NCBI GenBank assembly: GCA_011391125.1
Contig: JAABRE010000022.1
Span: 76-64,075 of the forward strand
Direction of reading: 5' to 3'
DNA from: Synechococcales cyanobacterium S06
Lineage (GTDB): Bacteria; Cyanobacteriota; Cyanobacteriia; Cyanobacteriales; JAABRE01
Length of the DNA stretch: 64,000 nucleotides
Shown one piece after another: positions 18,325 through 27,974 of the stretch. The position numbers were made by a program, and so were the translations under genes. Positions within the stretch are counted from its first letter, which is position 1; every line of letters begins with the position of its first letter. The notes under the pieces were generated by a model that saw only the letters and a list, made by a program, of their open reading frames with translations, was not told the origin of the DNA and did no database searches.

Positions 18325-19578
18325 ATGGTTTCTATTGCGCGAAAAAATTTATTTGAAGACATACCTCGCTTTTTAGTAGCTCAAGCTGGTATTATGTTAG
18401 CTGTAACTTTGGTAACAATTCAAACTGGAGTTTTAAAAGGATTTTCTCTCTCAACTGGACTTTTAATTGATCAGTCTCAAGCTGATATTTGGGTAGGCTC
18501 AAAAGACATGGTTCATTTAGAATTAACTAAGCCAATTTTATACGAACAATATATTCAAGCTCAACAGGTTGAAGGTGTTGCCATGGCAGAACCTTTAATG
18601 TTAGGACCAGGTTTTTGGAGCAGTCAAAATGGGGAATTAACTCCTTTAAAATTATTTGGTTTTAACTCGGAAGGAAAATTATTTGTACCGGGGAAAATCA
18701 CCACTGGAAATGTCAAAGACTTAAAACAACCCCTTAGTATTATAGCGGATCAAAGTAGTTTAGATTCTCTCAAATTACAAAAAATAAATGATGTCGGTCA
18801 ACTGCGATCTTTACCCGCTAAATTAGTGGGAATTACTAGGGATACTCAATCAATTGCGGCCAGCACTTTTATTTTTACTTCCCTAGAAAATGCTAACGTT
18901 TATGTTAATTCTGGTTTAACTTCTAAGGTTAATTGTACGGTGGAAAATAACGATTTCAACTGTACAACTACCTTTGAAAAAAAACCAGAAAAAAATAAAA
19001 ACTCCGAGTCAGAAATGCCTATAATTGAACCTTTAACCGCTACAGATCCCATTACTTATGTATTAGTAAAAGCGAAACCAGGGCAAGATTTAGAACAGCT
19101 AAAACAACGCTTAGAAAAAGCTTTACCAAATACGAAGGCCTATACTACTCCAGAAATGGCGCAAAAAACCCGGGATTATTGGACAAAACGCACGGGAGTC
19201 GGTTTTATTTTAGGAATGGGAGCGACTGTGGGTGTAGTTGTCGGTATGGTGGTAGTAGGGCAAATTTTATATACTTCTGTCTCTGACCATTTAAAAGAAT
19301 TTGGCACTTTAAAAGCCATGGGAGCGTCAAATAAAGTTATCTATGGTGTTATTTTGGAGCAAGCAGTATGGATGGCAGTTTTAGGCTATATTCCGGGGAT
19401 GTTACTTTGTGTTGGTCTCTCCCATTGGGCTTTACAAACTCAAGGTATTATGATTTTAATCACTCCCATAACCGCCGGAGGTGTTTTAGGTTTAACTGTG
19501 TTAATGTGTGTAGGATCGGCACTTTTTGCCATTCAAAAAGTTACTAGCGTTGATCCGGCTATTGTTTTTAAAGCTTAA
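18325..19578 (+). CDS. ABC exporter permease, FtsX/MacB (DevC-like) family
   Basis: 417 aa. N-terminal IARKNLFEDIPRF, a large periplasmic domain, and a C-terminal FtsX 3-TM block with LKAMGA. Confidence 0.8.
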   Translation: MVSIARKNLFEDIPRFLVAQAGIMLAVTLVTIQTGVLKGFSLSTGLLIDQSQADIWVGSKDMVHLELTKPILYEQYIQAQQVEGVAMAEPLMLGPGFWSSQNGELTPLKLFGFNSEGKLFVPGKITTGNVKDLKQPLSIIADQSSLDSLKLQKINDVGQLRSLPAKLVGITRDTQSIAASTFIFTSLENANVYVNSGLTSKVNCTVENNDFNCTTTFEKKPEKNKNSESEMPIIEPLTATDPITYVLVKAKPGQDLEQLKQRLEKALPNTKAYTTPEMAQKTRDYWTKRTGVGFILGMGATVGVVVGMVVVGQILYTSVSDHLKEFGTLKAMGASNKVIYGVILEQAVWMAVLGYIPGMLLCVGLSHWALQTQGIMILITPITAGGVLGLTVLMCVGSALFAIQKVTSVDPAIVFKA

Positions 19579-19753
19579 ATATAGCTATCAACTATCTGTT
19601 AATAGTTAATTGCGATTATAACCAGAAGTATGTCAAGATAAAGAAAGTAAGATATTCCTTGATTAATTTAATTAAACTTAATTACTTCTTACTTTCCCTT
19701 AACACCCCTCTTCACCACTCACACGAAATTTGGCTTAAATTACTTTAAATTCC

Positions 19754-20497
19754 ATGATTAATAAAATTGTTGATTTTCCTAGTAGGGCTACTTTCAGCTC
19801 CATGAAATCTGCTAAAAATTTGAATGTAGCCATTGCTGCTAGAGGTGTGGAGATGGTGTTTTCTTCAGGTGCGGGTTCTTATCATGCTTTAAAAAATATT
19901 AATTTAGATATTCGTAAAGGTGATATTCAATTATTAATGGGACCTTCAGGATCAGGTAAAACTACTTTACTATCAATCTTAGCAGGTATTCTGACCCCAA
20001 CCGCAGGCAGTGTAAGTCTTTTAGGTAAGGAAATTACTAATTTATCTAAGCAAAAATTGGCAGAATTTCGACTAAAAAACATCGGTTTTATCTTTCAGGG
20101 TTTTAATTTGTTTCCCGCATTAACGGCGATCGAAAATATCGAATTAGCTTTAAATTTGCAGGGTATAAAAGGCAAAAAAGCAAAGGAAGAATCCTATTTT
20201 TTATTATCTCAAGTTGGTTTGGCTAGTAAAGCTCATTCCTTGCCCCGTGACCTCTCTGGTGGACAAAAACAACGAGTGGCGATCGCACGCTCCTTGACTG
20301 GTCATCCCCCGTTAATTATGGCTGATGAACCAACCGCAGCCCTTGATTCCCACAGCGGCCACGCCGTAACTGAATTATTGCGCAAGTTGGCGAAAGAGGA
20401 AGGTTGCACCGTGTTGATGGTGACACATGATCCCCGCATTGTTGACGTAGCCGATCGCATTGTTTATTTAGAAGACGGGGTTTTAGTTGATAGTTGA
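19754..20497 (+). CDS. ABC transporter ATP-binding protein (DevA/LolD-like)
   Basis: Walker A GPSGSGKTT, signature LSGGQKQR, Walker B IMADEPT. The true start may be the internal Met at 19802. Confidence 0.88.
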   Translation: MINKIVDFPSRATFSSMKSAKNLNVAIAARGVEMVFSSGAGSYHALKNINLDIRKGDIQLLMGPSGSGKTTLLSILAGILTPTAGSVSLLGKEITNLSKQKLAEFRLKNIGFIFQGFNLFPALTAIENIELALNLQGIKGKKAKEESYFLLSQVGLASKAHSLPRDLSGGQKQRVAIARSLTGHPPLIMADEPTAALDSHSGHAVTELLRKLAKEEGCTVLMVTHDPRIVDVADRIVYLEDGVLVDS

Positions 20498-20578
20498 TAG
20501 TTGATAGTTAATAGTTGATAGTTAATAGTTATTACCTAAAAACCTATTACCTATTACTTATTACTTATTACTTATTAT
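20485..20578. repeat. Composite heptamer arrays (AGTTGAT/AGTTAAT)n then (CCTATTA/CTTATTA)n
   Basis: Starts inside the last codons of the ATPase gene. Same composite order as the array at 24729..24860. Confidence 0.9.
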
Positions 20579-20902
20579 CTTCCGATAGTTTTATTGTTTA
20601 GCCAAACAATAAACTGGTTTCTTGTGGGAGGGGAACAGGGGAAGCCGTTGATTTATAAAGGTTTTATCCTTGTTCGACCCTAAATAAAGTCATTTTCAGT
20701 GAGCAAATTACTTTCAAAGTTAAGCAAAGTAGCTAATTGTATTTCATTAATAGCTATAATTGTATGATCTTCTTTGTTACTAATTGTTAGGTCTTGAAAA
20801 GATAAATTAAGGCCTTTAATTTCGATTTTATCAATATATGGCAGTCCTATGTTCGTTGTGGGCCAGACGTTGCATAAATGTCTGGTCCAGTAAGGGTTTA
20901 AC

Positions 20903-22045
20903 GTGAAAATAACCGCTAATGATTTAAGAGTAGAAAATGGCGCAAAAATTGCTTCTGAAACTTTCGGTCAAGGTAACGCTGGTGATACAATTTTAAATGT
21001 GAATAATCTGATTATTAGCAATGGTGGATTAATCAGAACAGGTACTTTTGGCGCAGGAAATGGGGGAGAAGTTCTGATAAATAATGCCAATTCTGTGGAA
21101 GTAAACGCAAGTCAAACCATCTTAGGAAGTAATTTTAAAAGCAGCTTGTTAAATGCAGCAATAAAGGCATGAACTGCGGGGAATGTAACAGTTAATTCCC
21201 AGTATTTAAACGTAGAAAATAAGGGTGAGATTGCCATTAGTAGCAGTGGAACAGGAGGAGCTGGTAATTTAATTATCAATTCTCCTAGCATTCAACTAAA
21301 TAACCAAGGTAATTTAAGGGGTGAGAATACCGCAGGTTGAGGTAACATAGACATTACTACCAAAAATATCCAAATGCGCGATTATAGCAATATTACCACT
21401 AATTCCACTGGCGCTGAACAGGGTGGCAATATTACCGTTACCACGGATAATCTGATTATGAGGGAGAGTAATATTAGTGCTAACGCCAAAAATAGTAAAG
21501 GTGGTAGAGTAATTGTCAATACTGAGGGTTTATTTGTCACTCCCGATAGTAAAATTGAAGCAACGTCTGAATTAGGAGAGGAATTTAACGGGGTGGTTGA
21601 GATTAACAATCCTAATGTTGATCCCAGTAACGCCTTGGTTAAGTTACCGATCACCGTCATTGATCCTGTCAGCTTAATTGCCCAAAATGCCTGTAAACAA
21701 AGCAAAAATAGCCAATTTATCGTCACAGATAGAGGAGGCCTTTCACCAACCCCGAATGACTTGTTAACCCCCACTCAAACCGAGGTGGAATTGTGTGGCG
21801 AAAATTCCCCTACCACCACCCACATTGAACAATCCACCGTAACCCACCAAAACCCTCACCCCCGGTGCCCCCTCTCCCACAGGGTGAGGGGGAGATGGTC
21901 GATTGTAGGGTGGGTTAGGTGGCGAAAATTCCGCAACCACCACCATGATTTAACAAGCCATCGTTACCCACCAAAACCCTCACCCCCCCGGCCCCCTCTC
22001 CCACAGGGTGAGGGGGAGATGGTCCAAGGCGATCGGTTTAAATAG
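20903..22045 (+). pseudogene. 3' remnant of a filamentous-haemagglutinin-like beta-helical exoprotein gene
   Basis: Repetitive NGGxI/GNxGD beta-helix repeats. A single frame is interrupted by TGA at 21170 and TGA at 21338. The 5' part is missing (MITE-like sequence at about 20826-20895). The last ~250 nt run into repeat elements. Confidence 0.7.
21793..22024. repeat. Two tandem copies of a composite repeat (GTGGCGAAAATTCC...CCACCGTAACCCACC plus CCCTCACCC..GGGTGAGGGGGAG hairpin)
   Basis: Copies at 21793-21900 and 21905-22024. A related copy lies at 22546-22620 and a GTGGGTTAC...TAACCCAC relative at 655-735. Confidence 0.7.
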
Positions 22046-22169
22046 AGGTTTCCATCTTGCTTGACAAAATTACGGTTTTGTGCATAGATGAGAAATTAAG
22101 AAAAAAATGGGGAATAATTTTAAAAGTTCCCTGTTTTTATAAAAACATTTGTAATTAGGAGTTTAACCC

Positions 22170-22466
22170 ATGTCTGTAATAATTGATCAGGATTTGAAGG
22201 ACTATTTAGACCAGAAATTTTCGAATTTTGAGAGCAAATTTGAGGAAAAGTTTGACAAAATTGACGAAAGATTTGACAAGGTTGACCAAAGATTAGGGAG
22301 AATTGAAAATGAGATCACAGATTTAAAAATTGGTCAAACTCGTCTTGAGGGAGAAATTAAACGGGTTGAAGAAAAAATTGACGGGTTAGATAAACGTCTT
22401 GGGTTTCAAGAGTTTATTAACCGTGGTGTTTTCATCGGTAACTTCCCCCCTTTCAAGGGGGGGTAG
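22170..22466 (+). CDS. Coiled-coil hypothetical protein whose 3' end is displaced by a 35-nt family C element
   Basis: The heptad-rich ORF stops inside the element. A hydrophobic tail IILIVAILGGLAKMFGLVGNP* continues in another frame at 22475..22540. Confidence 0.55.
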   Translation: MSVIIDQDLKDYLDQKFSNFESKFEEKFDKIDERFDKVDQRLGRIENEITDLKIGQTRLEGEIKRVEEKIDGLDKRLGFQEFINRGVFIGNFPPFKGG

Positions 22467-22474
22467 GGGGGTAC
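22440..22474. repeat. Family C palindromic element, copy 3, with C6/G7/G6 runs
   Basis: aacttcccccctttcaagggggggtaggggggtac. Confidence 0.7.
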
Positions 22475-22719
22475 ATCATTTTAATTGTTGCTATTTTAGG
22501 CGGGTTAGCCAAGATGTTTGGTTTGGTTGGCAATCCTTAAATAAGTAGGGTGGATTAGGTGGCAAAAATTCCGCAACATCCGCCCAAATTGAATAATCCA
22601 CCGTAACCCACCAGCCTGGTAAAAGTAGGTTTACTTGTCAACCAAAGAACCTATCTTGATTATCTCACGCAAAGGCGCTAAGGCGCAAAGAAGACGCAAA
22701 TTGGTTTATCTGCTTTACC

Positions 22720-24726
22720 TCACAGGTTTAAGGCCTGTTTTGCCATTTTGATTAGGGAATTATAAGGTGGTTTGGTGACATCTACTTGCTGTGAATTTTC
22801 TCTGGTTAATCCTAATAAACCGATTCTTTCTCCTCTTTTTACTGCTAAAATTTTTCCTTGATCATTTTTAATTCTTAATTCGTTTAATGACTCCCATAAA
22901 CTACAGTAATAATGTCTTTTGTTGTAGGTAAAGCTGGCTTTTTTGATGGAATTAGATTGGTTTTCTGTGGTTATTTCGGCGAGATTTTCTGTCAGATTTT
23001 CTGGCTGTTTAATGCCGACTATTTCTAATTCCAGGGTGGTTTGACCATTAAAGGTATTTTCCTTTAGTTTATAGGCTAAATCTACCAGTGACGGTACTGG
23101 TAGATATTCACCCCAACGCCAAGCTATTCCTTGAATCTCTGTTCTGTTTTGTTCTAGGGTAAATTTTATGTGGTTTTTGCCTACTATTTTTTGCTCTTTA
23201 ATCCTTACATTTTCGGATAAAAAGATGGGCTCTTTGTTTTCAATTCCCCAAGGATATAAGGAGTCGATTTCTTGATATAAATTACTGGTTATTTCACTTA
23301 GTTTTGCGATTACGTCTATCTCGATTAAGGGTTTTAATAAATCTGGAGTTAAACTCTGACAAGAAAATTCACTTAAACGGTTTTGAAATTCCTCTAGTTT
23401 GTCTATATTTAGGGAAAAACCGCCTGCCATTTTATGACCACCAAATTTACCTAATAATTCGTGACAATAAGTTAAGCCCTCAAATACATTATATTCTTTT
23501 ATTCCCCTTGCTGAACCCCTAATTTTTCCGTCGTCTTCGGTGGTACAAATAAAGACTGGAACTCCGTAACGGTCAACTAATCGCGATGCAACAATGCCAA
23601 TTACTCCATGATGCCATCCTTTATTTCCTATTACTAATACCCTCGCTTTTTGCCAGTCTAAAAAGTGTTTTGGTACTAAATTTGATTCCTCTTTTTCTTC
23701 AATAAGGGCGATCGCCTGCTCTTCAATTTCTTTACATAATTCCTGTCTTCTACTATTAGCTTGTTCACATTGCATGGCGCGTTCTAAAGCTAATCCTTGG
23801 TCATCAGTTGTCAGTAATTCTATGACAATTTGCGGGTTATCAATGCGACCAATTGCATTAATTCTTGGTCCTAATTTAAAACCAATATCATCGGATTGTA
23901 ATTTAATTTGTTCCTCGCTAACTCCGGCCACCTGCATTAATGCTTGAATGCCAGTTATTTCTGATTTTGACAATAAACGCAGCCCTTTTTTTAATAAATA
24001 ACGATTAATCCCAACTAAAGGAGCTAAATCGGCGATAGTTCCTAATGTAAATAACTCTAATAATTGCTCACTTAAATTATCAATTCCCAATTCTTCTGCT
24101 AAACTTAAAGCTAAAATATAGGCAACCCCAACCCCTGCTAAACCGTAATAAAGGGAACTTTCATCTAATAATTTAGGGTTTAAAATAGCGTTAGCAGGAG
24201 GCAATTCTTCCGGTAAATCGTGGTGATCCGTAATAATAACATCTAAACCCAATTCACTCGCTAATTTAATCGGTTCAAAAGCACTAATGCCATTATCCAC
24301 CGTAATAATTAAAGCGACGCCATCTTCGGCCATTTGTTTAACTATTCTCTCATTAATCCCGTAACCATCTTTACCGCGATCGGGGATAATATAGTTAACC
24401 TCGCCTCCCATCACCCTTAAAGCTCGAATTAATAAAGCCGTGCTGGTCATTCCATCAGCGTCATAATCCCCACAAATAGCGATTTTTTCCTGATTCTTAA
24501 TTGCTTCCATTAACAACGAAAGAGCGATTTCTAAATCCTTAAATTCAGCTCCTGGAGGCGGTAAAATCATCGACTCAGGATTCACAAATAAATTGGCGGT
24601 TTCTGGAGTGGAAAAGCCACGATTAATGAAAATTTGAGCGACTAAAGGTGAAAACCCCGTTACTTGACTTAATATAGAAATTTCGGGACTAGCGGGACTA
24701 ATTTGCCAACGTTGATTAGGTAACAT
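22720..24726 (-). CDS. recJ: Single-stranded-DNA-specific exonuclease RecJ
   Basis: 668 aa with DHH motifs ICGDYDADGMTS, ITVDNG and ITDHH, and a DHHA1-type GGHKMAGG. Confidence 0.93.
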   Translation of the reverse strand: MLPNQRWQISPASPEISILSQVTGFSPLVAQIFINRGFSTPETANLFVNPESMILPPPGAEFKDLEIALSLLMEAIKNQEKIAICGDYDADGMTSTALLIRALRVMGGEVNYIIPDRGKDGYGINERIVKQMAEDGVALIITVDNGISAFEPIKLASELGLDVIITDHHDLPEELPPANAILNPKLLDESSLYYGLAGVGVAYILALSLAEELGIDNLSEQLLELFTLGTIADLAPLVGINRYLLKKGLRLLSKSEITGIQALMQVAGVSEEQIKLQSDDIGFKLGPRINAIGRIDNPQIVIELLTTDDQGLALERAMQCEQANSRRQELCKEIEEQAIALIEEKEESNLVPKHFLDWQKARVLVIGNKGWHHGVIGIVASRLVDRYGVPVFICTTEDDGKIRGSARGIKEYNVFEGLTYCHELLGKFGGHKMAGGFSLNIDKLEEFQNRLSEFSCQSLTPDLLKPLIEIDVIAKLSEITSNLYQEIDSLYPWGIENKEPIFLSENVRIKEQKIVGKNHIKFTLEQNRTEIQGIAWRWGEYLPVPSLVDLAYKLKENTFNGQTTLELEIVGIKQPENLTENLAEITTENQSNSIKKASFTYNKRHYYCSLWESLNELRIKNDQGKILAVKRGERIGLLGLTRENSQQVDVTKPPYNSLIKMAKQALNL

Positions 24727-24728
24727 AA

Positions 24729-24860
24729 TAATTAATAATTAATAATTGACAGTTGACAGTTGATAGTTGATAGTTGATAGTTGATAGTTGACGGTTGATA
24801 GTTATGCTTATCAATTATTAGCTAAAAACCTATTACCTATTACCTATTACCTATTACCTA
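24729..24860. repeat. Composite heptamer arrays (AATAATT)n,(AGTTGAC/AGTTGAT)n,(CCTATTA)n abutting the recJ start codon
   Basis: Read directly from the sequence. Same family order as 20485..20578. Confidence 0.9.
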
Positions 24861-24938
24861 AAAATCTCTTACCTAACTTGGTGCAAGAAGTATATTAAGT
24901 TATCTCATAACCTTTTCTTTTTGACTTGCATTATTAAT

Positions 24939-24956
24939 GGGGACGAAATTGTCCCC
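24939..24956 (-). terminator. Hairpin downstream of psaI
   Basis: GGGGAC gaaatt GTCCCC, 23 nt after the psaI stop. There is no clear U-tract. Confidence 0.4.
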
Positions 24957-24978
24957 AAATTAAGGTTGAAAGGGCTAA

Positions 24979-25095
24979 TTAAGCATCACTTTCAACTTGA
25001 ATGAACAAAAGACCCATAGCTACCGCCGGTAAAACCATGCCAACTAAGGGAACTAAAACCACGGGTAAAAAAGAAGCTGCGTAAGAACCGATCAT
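24979..25095 (-). CDS. psaI: Photosystem I subunit VIII (PsaI), 38 aa; not in the ORF track
   Basis: Manual translation gives MIGSYAASFLPVVLVPLVGMVLPAVAMGLLFIQVESDA. This matches the remembered PsaI pattern GSYAAS.LP....P.VG...PAV.MGLLF. An AGGAAA sequence lies upstream of the ATG. Confidence 0.85.
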   Translation of the reverse strand: MIGSYAASFLPVVLVPLVGMVLPAVAMGLLFIQVESDA

Positions 25096-25291
25096 ATCTA
25101 GTTTTCCTATTAAAAGTTACAAACCTACACAATGGATATTACTGGAAACTTAGGGACTTTTGCACAAATATTAACATTCTTAACAAAAATTAAAACCATC
25201 ACCGATCTTAGTTACTAGATCCCCTATAATGCCTAACATAAAACCGTAATTTTAACGGCCACAGCTTGTAATAGTTCGAGGATAAATATTC

Positions 25292-25762
25292 ATGGATATG
25301 ATTCAACATGGCGGCGATCCCCAAATTGGGAACTTAGCAACTCCAGTTAATGCTTCTGGTTTTGTCAAAGCTTTTATTAATAATTTACCTGCTTATCGTC
25401 AAGGTCTTTCCGCCAATCGTCGCGGTTTAGAAGTTGGGATGGCCCATGGTTATTTCCTCTATGGTCCTTTCGCTCTTTTAGGTCCTTTAAGAAACACGGA
25501 GTATGGTCCTACTGCTGGTTTATTAGCCGCTGTTGGTATGGTAGCCATTTTGACCGTTGCTCTCTCCCTCTATGGCAGTGCTGGAACAGGCAACCCTACC
25601 GCCACCTTAACTACTCCTAATCCTCCCGCAGAATTGGGTACTAAAGAAGGTTGGAGCGAATTTGCTAGTGGTTTCTTACTTGGTGGAGCAGGTGGAGCAG
25701 CTTTTGCTTATTTCCTCTGCCAAACTCCCTATTTAGACACTATTACTAAGTTGTTGGGTTAA
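25292..25762 (+). CDS. psaL: Photosystem I reaction centre subunit XI (PsaL)
   Basis: NLPAYRQGLS..RGLEVGMAHGYFLYGPF..LGPLR and a C-terminal GGAGGAAFAYFL. Confidence 0.95.
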   Translation: MDMIQHGGDPQIGNLATPVNASGFVKAFINNLPAYRQGLSANRRGLEVGMAHGYFLYGPFALLGPLRNTEYGPTAGLLAAVGMVAILTVALSLYGSAGTGNPTATLTTPNPPAELGTKEGWSEFASGFLLGGAGGAAFAYFLCQTPYLDTITKLLG

Positions 25763-25846
25763 AAAAACTTGATTGTATCGGGCAGGGAAACCTCGCCCTT
25801 ACATTCACTCACCTTCTCTCTCTCTGGAGAGGAGGTGCTGATAAAA

Positions 25847-26269
25847 TTAAAAGCAATGTTCGCATTTACCTTTAACTGTCAATTCATAATTTTCCCCTCG
25901 TAATCCTTTCGGTAATTGATTTAACGGTAAGTCTCCTAATACTGACCAGTCTAAATCGACAATTGCGCCACAATCTTGACAGATAAAATGGTGATGGGGT
26001 TCGATTTTTGCATCATAACGAGTGATCCCCTCCTGTAACAAGATTTCTCGGATTAATCCTACTTCTCGCAACACCGTCAAAGCACTGTAAACACTCGCTT
26101 TTGAGGCGATCGGTATCTCTTGATTAATATCCTGTAATATAGCTTCCACCGTGGGATGATCATAACGAGATAAAAGATTCGCATAAACGCTATACCTTTG
26201 GGGAGTTATTCTTAATCCCTTTTCTTTCATCTGTTGTTGGATACTGTCACTGTTGTTCATATTTACCAA
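25847..26269 (-). CDS. Fur-family transcriptional regulator, PerR-like
   Basis: 140 aa with LRITPQR, HHHFICQDCG and a C-terminal CEHC. It is divergent from a rubrerythrin gene. Confidence 0.8.
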   Translation of the reverse strand: MVNMNNSDSIQQQMKEKGLRITPQRYSVYANLLSRYDHPTVEAILQDINQEIPIASKASVYSALTVLREVGLIREILLQEGITRYDAKIEPHHHFICQDCGAIVDLDWSVLGDLPLNQLPKGLRGENYELTVKGKCEHCF

Positions 26270-26344
26270 ATAGATTGACGCTGTGTATTGTCATTATACA
26301 AATCTCAGTTTTATATATTTCTTAATTTTTTACTTGACAAGATA

Positions 26345-26365
26345 CTAAGTAATAATTATTCTTAG
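26345..26365. promoter_or_regulatory. Candidate Fur/PerR operator overlapping the rubrerythrin promoter
   Basis: Near-palindrome CTAAGTAATAATTATTCTTAG with 2 mismatches, starting 6 nt after a TTGACA (26334..26339) and ending 34 nt before the ATG. Confidence 0.45.
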
Positions 26366-26398
26366 TTATAAACGATTTAAACAGAGAGAGCCAATATT

Positions 26399-27097
26399 AT
26401 GGATTTATCTAGCAACAACACCGTAAAAAACCTAGAAGCTGCATTTGGTGGGGAGTCCATGGCCAACCGTAAATATCTATTTTTTGCTGAAGTGACCAGC
26501 CAATTAGGTATGAACGAGTTATCTAAAGTATTTAAGGAAACGGCGAATCAAGAAACACAACACGCTTTCGCCCATTTTCGCTTATTACACCCAGAATTAG
26601 TGGTCAATGATCCTTCCACCTTAACTGATGAACAAAAGAAACAAATTGCCGCTCGTTGTTTAGAATTGGCGATCGAAGGGGAGACTTATGAATATACCAC
26701 CATGTATCCCGAATTTACGGAACAAGCGAAAATTGACCGTGATAGCGATGCAGTCGCCGAATTCTCGGAACAAGAAGCAGAATCTAAAGAACACGCAGCC
26801 ATATTCCGTAAAGCTGCTTCTAACTTCGGTTTCCTCACCAGTATTGAACACCACCACGCTGATCAATACACCGAAGCACTCAACTCCTTAGACGGGGAAA
26901 CAGCCGCTCCGAAAACGGCGGGAAATAAGTGGATTTGTCGTCAATGTTCCATGATTTATGATCCCACATTTGGTGATCCTGATTCGGGAATTGCCGCAGG
27001 TACAGCTTTTGAGGAGATTCCCGACACTTGGGTTTGTCCCATTTGTGGCGCAACTAAGAAATCTTTTGTCCCTTATCAAGAATATGTAGCTGCTTAA
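26399..27097 (+). CDS. Rubrerythrin-family diiron protein with a C-terminal rubredoxin domain
   Basis: N-terminal NLEAAFGGESMANRKY and E..H ferritin-like motifs. C-terminal CRQC...CPICG rubredoxin knuckles. Confidence 0.88.
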   Translation: MDLSSNNTVKNLEAAFGGESMANRKYLFFAEVTSQLGMNELSKVFKETANQETQHAFAHFRLLHPELVVNDPSTLTDEQKKQIAARCLELAIEGETYEYTTMYPEFTEQAKIDRDSDAVAEFSEQEAESKEHAAIFRKAASNFGFLTSIEHHHADQYTEALNSLDGETAAPKTAGNKWICRQCSMIYDPTFGDPDSGIAAGTAFEEIPDTWVCPICGATKKSFVPYQEYVAA

Positions 27098-27146
27098 GTT
27101 TGATTATCTCACGCACTCTCCGCAAAGATGCAAAGAAGAACGCAAG

Positions 27147-27179
27147 GAGGTTAATTATCAATAAATTAACCTCTTTTTT
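27147..27179 (+). terminator. Rho-independent terminator after the rubrerythrin gene
   Basis: 10-bp stem GAGGTTAATT/AATTAACCTC, 7-nt loop, then TTTTTT. Confidence 0.75.
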
Positions 27180-27224
27180 AAATTTTTGATCGTCAATCCA
27201 TTGCTCATTTTAATAATTTAATTA

Positions 27225-27352
27225 TATAGTGATTCCAATTAAGATTAAAACAGTTGAAAAATAGGTTCGTAGTTGCGCTTTAGCGCTTCTTAGGACTAAA
27301 GTCCAACAACAAACTAAAAACTTTTGTTTAATTTTTATTTGGAATTACTATA
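27225..27352. mobile_element. MITE family B copy 2, inverted and identical to copy 1
   Basis: Its reverse complement equals 7029..7156 at every position checked by eye. Confidence 0.85.
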
Positions 27353-27974
27353 ATTAAAATCAAAATCAATAAACCAATTCGGGGCGATCTTCTCAGGGAA
27401 TTATTGCAAAATTTAGGTCATACTTAATCGGTATTTTGTTAAAAAATAGACTCTTTTTCCACAAGAATTCCTTTTAATCTCGGTTTCTCCTGAAATATAA
27501 TTAAAGGCTAAATAGGTTCATTTAATCTTTTTAACTAAGCGGCATTTTGTGAAATACCTTAAGAAAAAATATTAGAATTACTATATCTGGAAAAAGGCGA
27601 TCGTGTTTATTTTTTCGCCACGAATATTGAGATTCGCAATGAGAAAGATGGCGTTGCATGACTCTGAGATGAAATTGTAGGGGCAATCCCTTGTGGTGGC
27701 CCCCCGAAACGCTGATAGGGTAGGGACAGGCCCCTACCCCTACATTGAAAATAAATATCAAATCATCTTGCATAGGTGCAACGCCAGAAAGATTCCGCAG
27801 CTCGAATTGAGTTGACACGTCGCTGTTTTAAGGATATGGGAGTGCTATGATTGCTTAAGAAAGCGATCGCCTTTTGGCAAACTGAATTAGCAATGGCTCC
27901 TGATCACCGATCTTAAATGCTTAAATATTAGAAGCAGGTGTTATTAATTAATGTAATTGGAGAAAATAACTACT

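Noticed and set aside
20640-20830. Minus-strand stop-free stretch translating to IDKIEIKGLNLSFQDLTISNKEDHTIIAINEIQLATLLNFESNLLTENDFI*
   Set aside because: It has no start codon, no recognisable family, and is bounded by MITE-like sequence. It may be a gene fragment, but there is not enough support to annotate it.
21170-21340. The two in-frame TGA codons as selenocysteine or programmed read-through sites
   Set aside because: No SECIS-like hairpin is apparent directly downstream. The gene also lacks its 5' end and has a repeat-derived tail, so plain pseudogenisation is the simpler explanation.
27531-27818. 95-aa minus-strand ORF upstream of the LeuC-like gene
   Set aside because: It is built almost entirely from repeat elements: the gtaggggcaatcccttgtggtggcccc...cccctacccctac hairpins and the GGCGTTGCA inverted repeats. 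It has no protein-like features.
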